This document shows, piece by piece, positions 45,124 to 54,544 of a DNA stretch of 64,000 nucleotides (position 1 is its first letter; every line of letters starts with the position of its first letter). The stretch covers positions 204,078-268,077 of the forward strand of contig CAWBQK010000017.1 of assembly GCA_963791045.1 (NCBI GenBank), written 5' to 3'. Both the position numbers and the translations under genes were made by a program. Source of the DNA: Candidatus Latescibacterota bacterium. Lineage in GTDB: Bacteria > Krumholzibacteriota > Krumholzibacteriia > WVZY01. Under the pieces are notes generated by a model, which saw nothing but the letters and a program-made list of their open reading frames with translations, was not told the origin of the DNA and made no database searches.

Positions 45124-46044
45124 ATGAATATCGACGGAGCGATAGGCAAGTTTGAGTCGCACCTCTCGGCCGAGAGAGGGGTGTCGCCGAATACCGTTCG
45201 GGCCTATGTGACGGACCTTTCGCAGTTTGCCGAATACCTCGAACAGAAAACGGGGTCGGCGCCGAGTGTGATGGATATCGGTCTGTCGGAGGTAAGAGGG
45301 TTTCTGCGTGACCAGGTGAAACGCGGATTGACAGATACTTCGATGCTCAGAAAGATTTCATCACTCCGCGCGTTTTTCGCCTTTCTGCTGCGGCGCAAGG
45401 TCATAGCGGTCGATCCGACGCTTCATCTCGCACGACCGAGAAAAAGACGACGGATTCCGCCGATAATCAGCGAGGACAGCATCGAAAAGATGATGGATTC
45501 CCCGGAAAACGATGGGCTCATCGGTTTTCGTGACAGGGCGATCCTGGAGTTTCTTTACGGAACGGGTGTCCGTCTCAGTGAAATGATATCGCTGGATCTG
45601 GCGGATTTCGTGGATATTGAGGAGTCCCTCCGGATCGTGGGAAAAGGGGACAAGGAAAGAATCGTTCCATGGGGAGGCAAGGCGAGGGAGGCTTTTCTGG
45701 CGTACCAACGGGAGCGATTTGGCATCGAGGGCACAGTGAAGGAAAGCGGTCTGGCAGAACACAAGACCCTCCCCGCATTTTCCACGAGGAAGAAACAACG
45801 GATCAGCCCGCGAACGGTGCAGAGAATCGTTGAAAAGTATCTGCGAAGAGTGTCGCTCGCAACATCACAAAGCCCTCACAGCTTGCGACACGCGTTTGCG
45901 ACCCACTTGTTGAACAACGGAGCGGATCTTCGGGCGGTACAGGAACTTCTCGGACATGAGAGTCTATCTACCACACAGATCTATACCCACGTGTCAACGG
46001 CGAGACTCAAGGAAGTTTACAAGAAAACGCATCCACGTTCGTAG
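45124..46044 (+). CDS. xerC: tyrosine recombinase XerC
   Basis: Start at [14 protein letters not shown]. Catalytic residues in GVRLSEM (R), [12 protein letters not shown] (HxxR), [16 protein letters not shown] (H, Y). Precedes hslVU as codV does in Bacillus. Confidence 0.85.
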   Translation: MNIDGAIGKFESHLSAERGVSPNTVRAYVTDLSQFAEYLEQKTGSAPSVMDIGLSEVRGFLRDQVKRGLTDTSMLRKISSLRAFFAFLLRRKVIAVDPTLHLARPRKRRRIPPIISEDSIEKMMDSPENDGLIGFRDRAILEFLYGTGVRLSEMISLDLADFVDIEESLRIVGKGDKERIVPWGGKAREAFLAYQRERFGIEGTVKESGLAEHKTLPAFSTRKKQRISPRTVQRIVEKYLRRVSLATSQSPHSLRHAFATHLLNNGADLRAVQELLGHESLSTTQIYTHVSTARLKEVYKKTHPRS

Positions 46045-46118
46045 GGGCTTTGTTTCCGGGAAGGGTCGTGGGTACGGTCCAAATTCCGGCGGCACGGCCA
46101 CCAATAAAGAGGAAAACA

Positions 46119-46673
46119 ATGAAACCAAAAATAGTGGGAACAACAATTCTCGGGGTCAGGTTGGGTGGACGCGCCGCGATAGGCGGCGACGGCCAGGTCA
46201 CCCTCGGCACCACTATCATCAAGCAGAACGCCACCAAGATACGGACGCTCGGAGAGGGCAAGGTTTTGGCGGGTTTTGCGGGGAGCACCGCCGACGCTCT
46301 CACGCTTTTTGAGCGGTTCGAAGGAACTCTGGAGAAATACAGCGGCAACCTGAAGCGCGCCGCCGTTGAGTTGGCGAAGGAATGGCGCAGCGACAGAATT
46401 CTGAGACGTCTCGAAGCGATGCTCGCGGTAATGGACGCGGAGTCATCGATTATTCTTTCAGGCACAGGGGATGTGGTGGAACCGGAAGATGCGGTTATCG
46501 CGCTCGGGTCGGGGGGGCCATACGCGCTGGCCGCGGCCCGCGCTTTCTTGCGGGCTGGGTACGATGACCCGGAAAAGATCGTCCGAGAGGCCCTGGATAT
46601 TACGGGAAGGATTTGCCTTTATACGAACACGAACATAACCGTCGAGACTCTCGACGGGCTAAACAAACAATAA
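46119..46673 (+). CDS. hslV: ATP-dependent protease subunit HslV
   Basis: ATG 46119 with [38 protein letters not shown]...[22 protein letters not shown]. The catalytic Thr is preceded by a 7-residue extension. Confidence 0.9.
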   Translation: MKPKIVGTTILGVRLGGRAAIGGDGQVTLGTTIIKQNATKIRTLGEGKVLAGFAGSTADALTLFERFEGTLEKYSGNLKRAAVELAKEWRSDRILRRLEAMLAVMDAESSIILSGTGDVVEPEDAVIALGSGGPYALAAARAFLRAGYDDPEKIVREALDITGRICLYTNTNITVETLDGLNKQ

Positions 46674-46710
46674 CGGGATAGAAACGAATTCACATGTTGG
46701 GAGGAGAGGG

Positions 46711-48060
46711 ATGTCAAATTTGACTCCTCGTCAGATTGTTGTAGAACTTGACCGGTATATCGTCGGTCAAAACGACGCGAAAAAGTCGGTGGCGATTGCG
46801 CTGCGAAACCGATGGCGGAGACGGCAAGCTTCAGAGGATATGCGAGACGAAATCCTGCCGAATAACATTATTATGATCGGCCCCACGGGCGTCGGAAAAA
46901 CTGAGATAGCGAGAAGACTCGCGCGTCTGGTTAGCGCCCCGTTTGTCAAAGTTGAGGCAAGCAACTATACCGAGGTCGGGTATGTCGGCCGCGACGTGGA
47001 AAGTATGATCCGCGACCTGGTCGAAATATCGATCGGAATGGTGAAGACCGAGCACCAGGCCCGGATCCAGAAGCAGGTTGAAGAGGCCGTCGAAGAACGT
47101 CTGGTCGATCTGTTGATGCCGGCCGCCCCGACGCCCGGGACCACCCCGGAAGAAAATATCGAAATCCAGGCGCGGCGCGGCCGCACGAGGGAAAAACTCC
47201 TGGTCAAGCTTAGATCCGGAGATCTCGAGGAAAGAAGTGTCCATATCAGAACCGCCCCGTCATCGTCGCCGATGATCGAAATCTTCACCCGCGGCGGGGT
47301 CGATGACATGGGGATACAAATGCCGGGAAACATGAACCCGTTTGGCCCCCAGAAGCCGAAGGACAGAGATCTGACCATACGCCAGGCAAGGGAGTACCTT
47401 CGCGGGGAAGAGGCGGAGAAACTTCTCGATATGGAAAAGATCCTCGAAGATGCCAAAAAGCGGGTCGAAAACACGGGGATCGTTTTTGTGGACGAGATCG
47501 ACAAGATTGCGGGCACCTCATCGCGATCTTCGGGCCCTGATGTGTCCCGCGAAGGGGTCCAGCGTGATCTGCTACCGATCGTAGAAGGGTGTGCCGTGAA
47601 TACTCGTCACGGAGTGGTGAGAACCGACCACATTCTCTTTATCGCCGCGGGCGCTTTCAACATTGCCAAGCCATCCGAACTCATTCCCGAGTTCCAGGGG
47701 CGGTTCCCGATACGTGTGGAGCTTTCTTCGCTCGGCGAAAAAGACTTCGTGAGGATTCTTACGGAGCCGGACAATTCGCTTGTGAAGCAGTACAAGGCGT
47801 TGCTCATGTCGGAAGCGTGCCGGCTGGATTTTTCAGATGATGCCATCGCTGAAATCGCGCGAGTCGCCGCGACGGCCAACGACCGCTCGGAGAACATCGG
47901 CGCCCGTCGGCTCCAGACTGTTCTCGCGACGCTTCTCGAGGAACTCTTGTTCGATCTCCCGGAGTCTGATAAAAAGAGCATCAAATTTACCGGTGAGGAC
48001 GTCAAAAACAAACTGGATAAGATTCTCGCGGACGAAGACTTGACACGATACATTCTCTGA
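46711..48060 (+). CDS. hslU: ATP-dependent protease ATPase subunit HslU
   Basis: 449 aa. LTPRQIVVELDRYIVGQ, Walker A GPTGVGKTEIARRLA, Walker B IVFVDEIDKI, sensor GARRLQTVL. Confidence 0.95.
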   Translation: MSNLTPRQIVVELDRYIVGQNDAKKSVAIALRNRWRRRQASEDMRDEILPNNIIMIGPTGVGKTEIARRLARLVSAPFVKVEASNYTEVGYVGRDVESMIRDLVEISIGMVKTEHQARIQKQVEEAVEERLVDLLMPAAPTPGTTPEENIEIQARRGRTREKLLVKLRSGDLEERSVHIRTAPSSSPMIEIFTRGGVDDMGIQMPGNMNPFGPQKPKDRDLTIRQAREYLRGEEAEKLLDMEKILEDAKKRVENTGIVFVDEIDKIAGTSSRSSGPDVSREGVQRDLLPIVEGCAVNTRHGVVRTDHILFIAAGAFNIAKPSELIPEFQGRFPIRVELSSLGEKDFVRILTEPDNSLVKQYKALLMSEACRLDFSDDAIAEIARVAATANDRSENIGARRLQTVLATLLEELLFDLPESDKKSIKFTGEDVKNKLDKILADEDLTRYIL

Positions 48061-48096
48061 TCGGACGGCCGGCACGGAGAACAACAGGAGGGTCAA

Positions 48097-49177
48097 TTGA
48101 GAATTCGGGTGCTGTGTATTGCGGCGGTTCTTTTTATGACGGCCTGCGCGATATCGGAGCCACCACCGGGCGGACCGGAAGACCGGACGGCGCCCACCGT
48201 TTTGTCTTCCTCCCCGGAAAACGGAACGGCGGGTGTTGCCGCGGACGCCGAGGTTAAAGTCGAGTTCAGCGAGGGGATGACAAGGGCGCGGTTTGAAAGG
48301 TTTTTTGAATTGTCACCCAGCGTTAGTCGTTCGGAAAGTGAAGTGGAAAGGTGACACCGCCGTCCTGGTTTTCAGTGAAAGTCTACACCCGGACACAACC
48401 TATATTGTCAAATTGAAATCAGGATACAGCGACAGGCATGGCGTCCGCGGAGAGCGTCCGTTTGAGTTCGCGTTCGCGACGTCGGCCACCATCGATACAG
48501 GCGTCGTCGCCGGGACCGTTCTTTTCAGACGGGAGCCGTCGCCGAAGGGGGTCATAAAGGTTTTTGTCCTGCCGAAGGATTCGACGTTCGCGGTCGAAGC
48601 ATCGCGCCCGGACAGACAAACCGGGACGGCGGAGGATGGCGTGTTCGAAGCGGGCTATCTCCCAGCCAGAAATGTCCCGATGCTGGTGTGGGCGTTTCAT
48701 GATGAGGACGGAAATGGAGTGTACGACCCCGAGAAGGAAGCGGGCGCCGGCATTCCGGATACTCTTTTCCTGACAGACGCGCGACCGCGGATTGACGGAC
48801 TTGTTATCGATATCGTCGACCCACGCGAACCCGGCGTGATCTCGGGGCGCGTTTTTAACGAAACGGAGTTCGATTCGATACTGTTCACGGTTGCCCTGCA
48901 CGAAGTCACCGATTCGCTTCCCCCGACCTATTTGAAATTGTCAAACTTCAAGGGCGATTTCAGTTTTGACAACGTTCTCAAAGGCTCCTACACGCTGCAC
49001 GCGTTTATCGATTTCAAGAGGGATAGTCTGTGCGGTGAGTATCCCTGCCGTGATGATTCTACGAGGATGTGCGTCGAACCGTGCGTTGTTTATTCGGACA
49101 CACTTGTGATCGAACCGGGAGGCAAGATCGAGAACATAGACGTCACACTCGAGCCCGTTGAGAGAAGAGAGGAATAA
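48097..49177 (+). pseudogene. Ig-like (SbsA/Big_5-type) + carboxypeptidase-regulatory-like lipoprotein, frame broken near 48314-48320
   Basis: ORF 48097-48354 (lipobox FMTAC; SSSPENGTAGV...VEFSEGM) and ORF 48293-49177 are consecutive parts of one protein. Frame 1 reads ..FFELSP, then frame 2 continues ALVVRKVKWKGDTAVLVFSESLHPDTTY. One extra nt, possibly in the CCC run at 48316-48318. Confidence 0.75.
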
Positions 49178-49181
49178 GGGA

Positions 49182-50021
49182 ATGAGGATACCCTTTACAA
49201 AAATGAACGGCGCGGGAAACGATTTTGTCATGATCGACAACAGGGATGCATCTCTGACGCTCCTGGCGGTTGAAATACGCGGTTTGTGCGATCGAAAACG
49301 AGGGGTCGGCGCCGACGGAGTTATCATGGTTGAGAACGACGACACCGCGGACTTCAGGATGAGGTATTACAATGCGGACGGAGGCGAGGCCGAGATGTGC
49401 GGGAACGGTGCGCGTTGTGTGGCACTGTTCGCGTCGACGCTTGGGCTGGGTTTGCGAAACGCTGGAGAGACCGTCGTATCGTTTGTCACGCAGCCGGGAG
49501 TGATGAAGGCGTCGGTCCGTGACAACCGGGTTACGGTCGCCATGACCGATGCGGTGGGATTCGAAAAGGATGTTGTTCTCGATACAAACGCCGGCCGGGA
49601 GACGGTCCACATTGTTAACACGGGCGTGCCTCACGCCGTATCGATCGTCGAGGATTGGGCGACGCTCACGGACGAAGCAGTATTGGAGAGAGGCCACGCG
49701 ATCCGCCGGCATGACAAATTTTCTCCCGCCGGAATAAACGCGAATTTTATCCATCTTCGGGAAGACGGGGTCGTTGAGATCCGAACCTACGAGCGTGGTG
49801 TCGAATCCGAGACGCTTGCGTGCGGGACGGGGTCAGTGGCCGCCGCGGTAGTTGCGGAAAAACTCGACCTTGCGAAAACGCCAATTCGGCTTTTTACCCA
49901 TGGCGGGGACGTGCTCGAGGTTTCGTTCTCTCCGTCGCCGTCCGGGGCTTTCGGTGTGACCCTTGGGGGTCCGGCGGCCGTCAATTTTGAAGGTAATTTG
50001 GACATTCCAGAAAAGGGGTAA
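49182..50021 (+). CDS. dapF: diaminopimelate epimerase
   Basis: MRIPFTKMNGAGNDFVMID, catalytic Cys motifs EAEMCGNGARC and LACGTGSVAAA. Confidence 0.95.
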   Translation: MRIPFTKMNGAGNDFVMIDNRDASLTLLAVEIRGLCDRKRGVGADGVIMVENDDTADFRMRYYNADGGEAEMCGNGARCVALFASTLGLGLRNAGETVVSFVTQPGVMKASVRDNRVTVAMTDAVGFEKDVVLDTNAGRETVHIVNTGVPHAVSIVEDWATLTDEAVLERGHAIRRHDKFSPAGINANFIHLREDGVVEIRTYERGVESETLACGTGSVAAAVVAEKLDLAKTPIRLFTHGGDVLEVSFSPSPSGAFGVTLGGPAAVNFEGNLDIPEKG

Positions 50022-50025
50022 CACG

Positions 50026-50907
50026 ATGGAATTCCGAGGGGCGTACACGGCGCTCGTGACGCCGTTTCGTGATGGAGCGGTCGACATCGACGCGTTTCGG
50101 GGGCTGCTCGAAGCGCAGAAGGCCGCCGGGATCGCCGGCGTGGTTCCATGCGGTTGTACCGGGGAAGCGGCCACCCTGAGTGTGGAGGAACGGAATCTTC
50201 TGCTCGAAACGGCGCTGGAGACGGTGGGGGACGAGTTGAACGTGATCCCGGGAACCGGGTCGAACTCGACGGAGGCATCGATTGCGTTGACTCGCGATGC
50301 GGAGAAGGCGGGCGCGCACGCGGCAATGTTGATTACCCCTTATTACAACAAGCCCTCGCAAGCCGGTTTGATAGACCATTATCGTCGTGTGGCGGACGCG
50401 ACGTCACTGCCGCTCATTCTTTACAACGTACCGAGTAGAACCGGTGTGACGTTGAGTCCCGACACGGTCGCTGTTCTCTTCGCGACGGGTCGGTTTGCCG
50501 CGCTCAAAGAAGCCGGAGGCAGCGTCGACGCGGTGTCCGATATCAGGGCGGCAAGCGATATCACTATTCTATCCGGGGATGACTCGTTGACCGTCCCAAT
50601 GCTATCACTCGGCGCGCGCGGCGTAGTTTCGGTGGTTTCGAACCTGTATCCCGGCGTTGTCCGCGAGATGGTTGCCAGCGCTCTCAAGGGAGACTTCGAA
50701 ACCGCATCGCGGCTCCACTTCAAACTTTTGCCTGTTGTCCGCGCGGCGTTTTGCGAGTCAAATCCGTCGCCAATGAAAGCGATGCTCGCGCAGAAGGGCC
50801 TAATCGCCAACGAACTCCGTCCGCCGCTGGCGGCGGTGTGCGAAGCGAGTCTGGAACTCATCCGTGCGACGCTCGAAGACGTCGGCGGAATTGGAGGTGG
50901 AAAATAG
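50026..50907 (+). CDS. dapA: 4-hydroxy-tetrahydrodipicolinate synthase
   Basis: MEFRGAYTALVTPF, GCTGEAATLS, ITPYYNKPSQ, YNVPSRTG, Schiff-base Lys in AALKEAGG. Confidence 0.95.
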   Translation: MEFRGAYTALVTPFRDGAVDIDAFRGLLEAQKAAGIAGVVPCGCTGEAATLSVEERNLLLETALETVGDELNVIPGTGSNSTEASIALTRDAEKAGAHAAMLITPYYNKPSQAGLIDHYRRVADATSLPLILYNVPSRTGVTLSPDTVAVLFATGRFAALKEAGGSVDAVSDIRAASDITILSGDDSLTVPMLSLGARGVVSVVSNLYPGVVREMVASALKGDFETASRLHFKLLPVVRAAFCESNPSPMKAMLAQKGLIANELRPPLAAVCEASLELIRATLEDVGGIGGGK

Positions 50908-51689
50908 TGGACGGCAGACCGGGTAAAACGCTGTCTCTGGTCCTTAGCGGTTGGCGTGGGCGGATGGAAATCCTGATCCGAGAACTGGCGGAACGGTCGG
51001 AGGGGTTCAGGGTTGCGGGAATCCTCGAGTTGGGGACAGGTGGGGAGAAAACAAAAGAACCGCTGGCAGAGGGCCTCCTGATTGACGATATTTCAAAAGT
51101 AGAAGGCGGGGTTGACGTTCTGGTCGATTTTTCGATCCCGGAGACGCTGCTCGGGGTCGTCGAGCATCTTGGCGGTACGGGGGTCAGACTCGTATCCGGC
51201 ACGACGGGGTTGGAAGACAAAGAGTTGAAAGCGCTTAGAGCGTATTCTGAGGAATGTGCCGTATTCTACGATGAAAACATGAGTTACGGAATCTCTGTAT
51301 TAAAACGGCTCCTGGCGACGGCATCGCCGTTGCTTGGCGAGAAAGCTGATGTAGAGATCGTCGAGTACCATCACTCGGGAAAAAAGGACTTTCCCAGCGG
51401 TACGACATTCGGTCTTGCACGGGCCATCGACGCGGAAGCCACCGTGATCCGCGGGCGGCCATCCGGCGGATCCCCACCGTCCACACGCCAGATTCCCTCC
51501 CATTCGATCCGGATTGGCGGTATCCCGGGACAACACGACGTATATTTCGGAACCCCCGAGGAAGTCGTTTGTATTTCCCACCGCGCCTTATCGAGGGACG
51601 TTTTTGCGCGGGGTGCTCTCCGTGCGGCCGAATATATCGCAGATCGGAAACCGGGTATGTATTCGATGGAGGACCTCACGGGAGTATAG
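50907..51689 (+). CDS. dapB: 4-hydroxy-tetrahydrodipicolinate reductase
   Basis: GTG 50907 overlaps the dapA stop (TAGTG). LSLVLSGWRGRM (GxxGxxG-like), VDFSIPE, EYHHSGKKDFPSGTT, HRALSRDVFARGAL. The upstream part of ORF 50751.. is the dapA 3' end in another frame. Confidence 0.9.
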   Translation: MDGRPGKTLSLVLSGWRGRMEILIRELAERSEGFRVAGILELGTGGEKTKEPLAEGLLIDDISKVEGGVDVLVDFSIPETLLGVVEHLGGTGVRLVSGTTGLEDKELKALRAYSEECAVFYDENMSYGISVLKRLLATASPLLGEKADVEIVEYHHSGKKDFPSGTTFGLARAIDAEATVIRGRPSGGSPPSTRQIPSHSIRIGGIPGQHDVYFGTPEEVVCISHRALSRDVFARGALRAAEYIADRKPGMYSMEDLTGV

Positions 51690-51690
51690 C

Positions 51691-54507
51691 GTGACATCGA
51701 GTCGTTGGATACTCATCCCGATCGCCGGGATGCTGTTGTTGGGGCTTCTGGTGGGCGGCCCGGCGCACGCGCAGTATCCTTACGGCAAAAACAAGGTCGT
51801 GTATTCGGGAAAAAAGTGGAAAGTCCTTAAGACCGAACACGTCGATATTTACTACTATCCGGACGAACAAAACCTCGTTCTTTTTGCCGCGCCCCTGGTC
51901 GAAGAGACTTTTCTCGAGTTTTCCGATGTTTTTGATTTTGAGTTCAAAGGCCGCCTTCCTCTCGTCTTCTTCAGTTCGCATTACGACTTCCAGCAGACCC
52001 ATATAGTTCCTTCGCTGATTTCTGAATACACGGCGGGGTTCACCGATCTTGCCAAGGGGCGAATCGCGATACCTTTTGCAGGGACGTTGTGGGAATTCCG
52101 GCACGTGATACGTCATGAGATGGTTCATGCGTTCATGCTCAAGAAATTGACCGCGGTAATGTCCGAGCACGGCAAGGTCGGGAATATGTACCCGCCTCTG
52201 TGGTTCGTGGAGGGTTTGGCGGAATACATTGCGAATCCGCAAGGCGACACGCGGAGTCACATGTTTCTCAGGGACGCGATGATCCACAACCGGCTTCCCG
52301 ATTTGTTGAACATATGGCGGATCGAGGGAAGTTTCCTGATGTACAAACAGGGCGAAGCGATCGTCAGGTACATAGCGGACAATTTCGGCGATGAAGCGGT
52401 CGTGCAGATTCTCGAGAACTGGTGGCACATAGATAATTTCTCGTTGATTCTCAAGCAGACAATAAATATGGACCTTCTCGAGTTAAATGACGCCTTCTTC
52501 AAGTCGATGAAGCGGCGGTACTACCCCTCGATTCTCTACAGCCAGTTTGTCCCCGACCTCGGAGATCAGATAACGGAGCGACATACCTTCCACTCGCGCC
52601 CGACGGCCGGCCGGACGCCGGACGGGGATATCGCCGTTTATGCCACGGGCGCCTACGACGGTGTGATCGCCGTGGTGAAGTTCGACCGTGACAAAAATGG
52701 AAAACTGCGGAGAAAGATCCTTATCGAAGGAAGCCGTTCGACGGAGTTCGAATCGATACCCGCCTTCAGGAGCAAGCTGGAGGCGCGGGGCGACACGTTA
52801 ATGTTCATATCGAAGCGGCAAGAAAAGGACGCCATCTATTTTTGGAATACGGAGCGAAAGCGGATCTTTGGGATGTTTACGTTCGACGGCTTGAGCGTGA
52901 TTTCTTCGCCCACGCTGTCCCCGGAGGGGGAGCGGATCGTATTCAGCGCGATAGACGAGACCGGTCAGATGGACCTTTTTCTCTACGATATCCCGGAAGA
53001 CACGCTGGAGCGCCTGACCGACGACACGTTTGCCGAGCAGGATCCCGATTTTCATCCGACGTCGAACCGCGTGATATTCAGCTCGGATAGATGCCGGAGT
53101 TCGAGCGGCGCCAACCAGGGTATCTACATGGTCGATGTTTTCACCGGACGCATCACGCCGCTTACCTGCGGAGCGGGGAAGGACGCGTATCCCGACTGGG
53201 CGCCCGACGGTGGTTCGTTTCTGTTCTCATCCGATCGCGACGGCGTTTACAACATCTACGAGTACCACATGGACAGCCAGACCATCACAAAGCAAACCGG
53301 CGTGTTGGGGGGCGTGACGATGCCGTCCTTCCTCCCCGATCAATCGGGCTTTGTGGCGAGCGCGTATTACGAAGGCGAATATCACATCTATGATTTCCCG
53401 TTGAAATCGGGAAAGGGTCTGAGCGAGCGGGTTGTGGCCTATGACGAAGATGCCACGGGGCCGAACTGGAGACGCCGCCCGGCGGAAGATTTCACTTACA
53501 CAACGGAAAACTATAAACAAAAACTTGGAATCGATTTTGCGGGGGCGGGTGTCGCAATCGACCCCAACTTCGGGACGATCGGTAACGGCGGTCAGATAGT
53601 TCTGACGGACATCCTCGGCAACCACCAGTATTACTTCTTTTTCGGCAACTCGTCCGACGGAATGGAGGACTTTTTCAAGCGGCTGAACTTTGGCGGGCAG
53701 TATGTCAACCTCACACACAGACTGCACTACGCGCTGGGTGCATTTCATCTGAACAGTTACGTGCGCGACAACCTGCTTGGGTATCGCGCGGAAAAGCGAG
53801 TTGGCGCGTCGATCGGGTTGAGTTATCCCTTGAGCCTGTTCACGAGGATCGATGCCTCGGTAGTGGGCCGGTATATCGAGAGGGAAACGGCATATTCGCA
53901 GATCGGGCTTCAGAAAAGCTGGGTCGCGACGACATTTATTTCGCATGTCGTCGACAAGACGTTGTGGACGATCGGCGGGCCGCTCAAGGGATGGCGATAT
54001 TACGTCACGGTGGGACACACGGCCGACTTCCAGAACCGCGGGTTTGAAAACACCGTTCTCCATTTCGAGGTGCGAAAGTACTTCAAAGTCACCGACCGGA
54101 TTGTCCTCGCACACCGGTTTCTGACGAGAAACACTTATGGGAGCGACTTCGAATTGTTCTATCTTGGGGGCCCGTGGGACCTGAGGGGGTATAATTTCCG
54201 CGAGTTTATGGGAAGGTCGACCTACCTCATTAACAATGAGTTCCGGTTTCCCCTGATCGACCGTTTTGCCCTTGGACTTCCGTTTGGGACCATCGAAACG
54301 CCCCGTTTCCGCGGATCCTTCTTCTTCGATATGGGTATGACCAGCCGCTGGATCATCAATACCGACTGGCTGGGTTCGTTTGGGGCCGGGGTGGAATTGA
54401 ACCTCGGATACGCCCCGGTCATACGTGTGAACTTTACACGGGCGACGGATTTCAGTACCATATCCGACATTACGAAGTACGAACTTTTTATCGGCTACAA
54501 CTACTGA
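51691..54507 (+). CDS. large outer-membrane protein: MA-clan peptidase-like domain (HEMVH) + PD40/TolB-like beta-propeller + C-terminal Omp85 (surface antigen D15) barrel
   Basis: GTG 51691, 1 nt after the dapB stop. Signal peptide ILIPIAGMLLLGLLVGGPAHA. HExxH in VIRHEMVHAF plus WFVEGLAEY. PD40 repeats (FHPTSNRVIFSSDR, YPDWAPDGGSFLFSSDRDGVYNIY). C-terminus LGGPWDLRGYNFREF..INNEFRFPL..ELFIGYNY is typical of Omp85 barrels. Confidence 0.8.
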   Translation: MTSSRWILIPIAGMLLLGLLVGGPAHAQYPYGKNKVVYSGKKWKVLKTEHVDIYYYPDEQNLVLFAAPLVEETFLEFSDVFDFEFKGRLPLVFFSSHYDFQQTHIVPSLISEYTAGFTDLAKGRIAIPFAGTLWEFRHVIRHEMVHAFMLKKLTAVMSEHGKVGNMYPPLWFVEGLAEYIANPQGDTRSHMFLRDAMIHNRLPDLLNIWRIEGSFLMYKQGEAIVRYIADNFGDEAVVQILENWWHIDNFSLILKQTINMDLLELNDAFFKSMKRRYYPSILYSQFVPDLGDQITERHTFHSRPTAGRTPDGDIAVYATGAYDGVIAVVKFDRDKNGKLRRKILIEGSRSTEFESIPAFRSKLEARGDTLMFISKRQEKDAIYFWNTERKRIFGMFTFDGLSVISSPTLSPEGERIVFSAIDETGQMDLFLYDIPEDTLERLTDDTFAEQDPDFHPTSNRVIFSSDRCRSSSGANQGIYMVDVFTGRITPLTCGAGKDAYPDWAPDGGSFLFSSDRDGVYNIYEYHMDSQTITKQTGVLGGVTMPSFLPDQSGFVASAYYEGEYHIYDFPLKSGKGLSERVVAYDEDATGPNWRRRPAEDFTYTTENYKQKLGIDFAGAGVAIDPNFGTIGNGGQIVLTDILGNHQYYFFFGNSSDGMEDFFKRLNFGGQYVNLTHRLHYALGAFHLNSYVRDNLLGYRAEKRVGASIGLSYPLSLFTRIDASVVGRYIERETAYSQIGLQKSWVATTFISHVVDKTLWTIGGPLKGWRYYVTVGHTADFQNRGFENTVLHFEVRKYFKVTDRIVLAHRFLTRNTYGSDFELFYLGGPWDLRGYNFREFMGRSTYLINNEFRFPLIDRFALGLPFGTIETPRFRGSFFFDMGMTSRWIINTDWLGSFGAGVELNLGYAPVIRVNFTRATDFSTISDITKYELFIGYNY

Positions 54508-54544
54508 TTCCCGATACAAAACCAGACCAGGAACGGAGACAAAG

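Noticed and set aside
45124-46044. XerC and XerD (56678-57574) as integrases of a mobile element
   Set aside because: Both sit in conserved housekeeping contexts (trmFO-xerC-hslVU; rpsT/xerD-scpAB). There are no flanking repeats, cargo genes, tRNA-adjacent junctions or compositional break visible. They are interpreted as chromosome-dimer resolvases.
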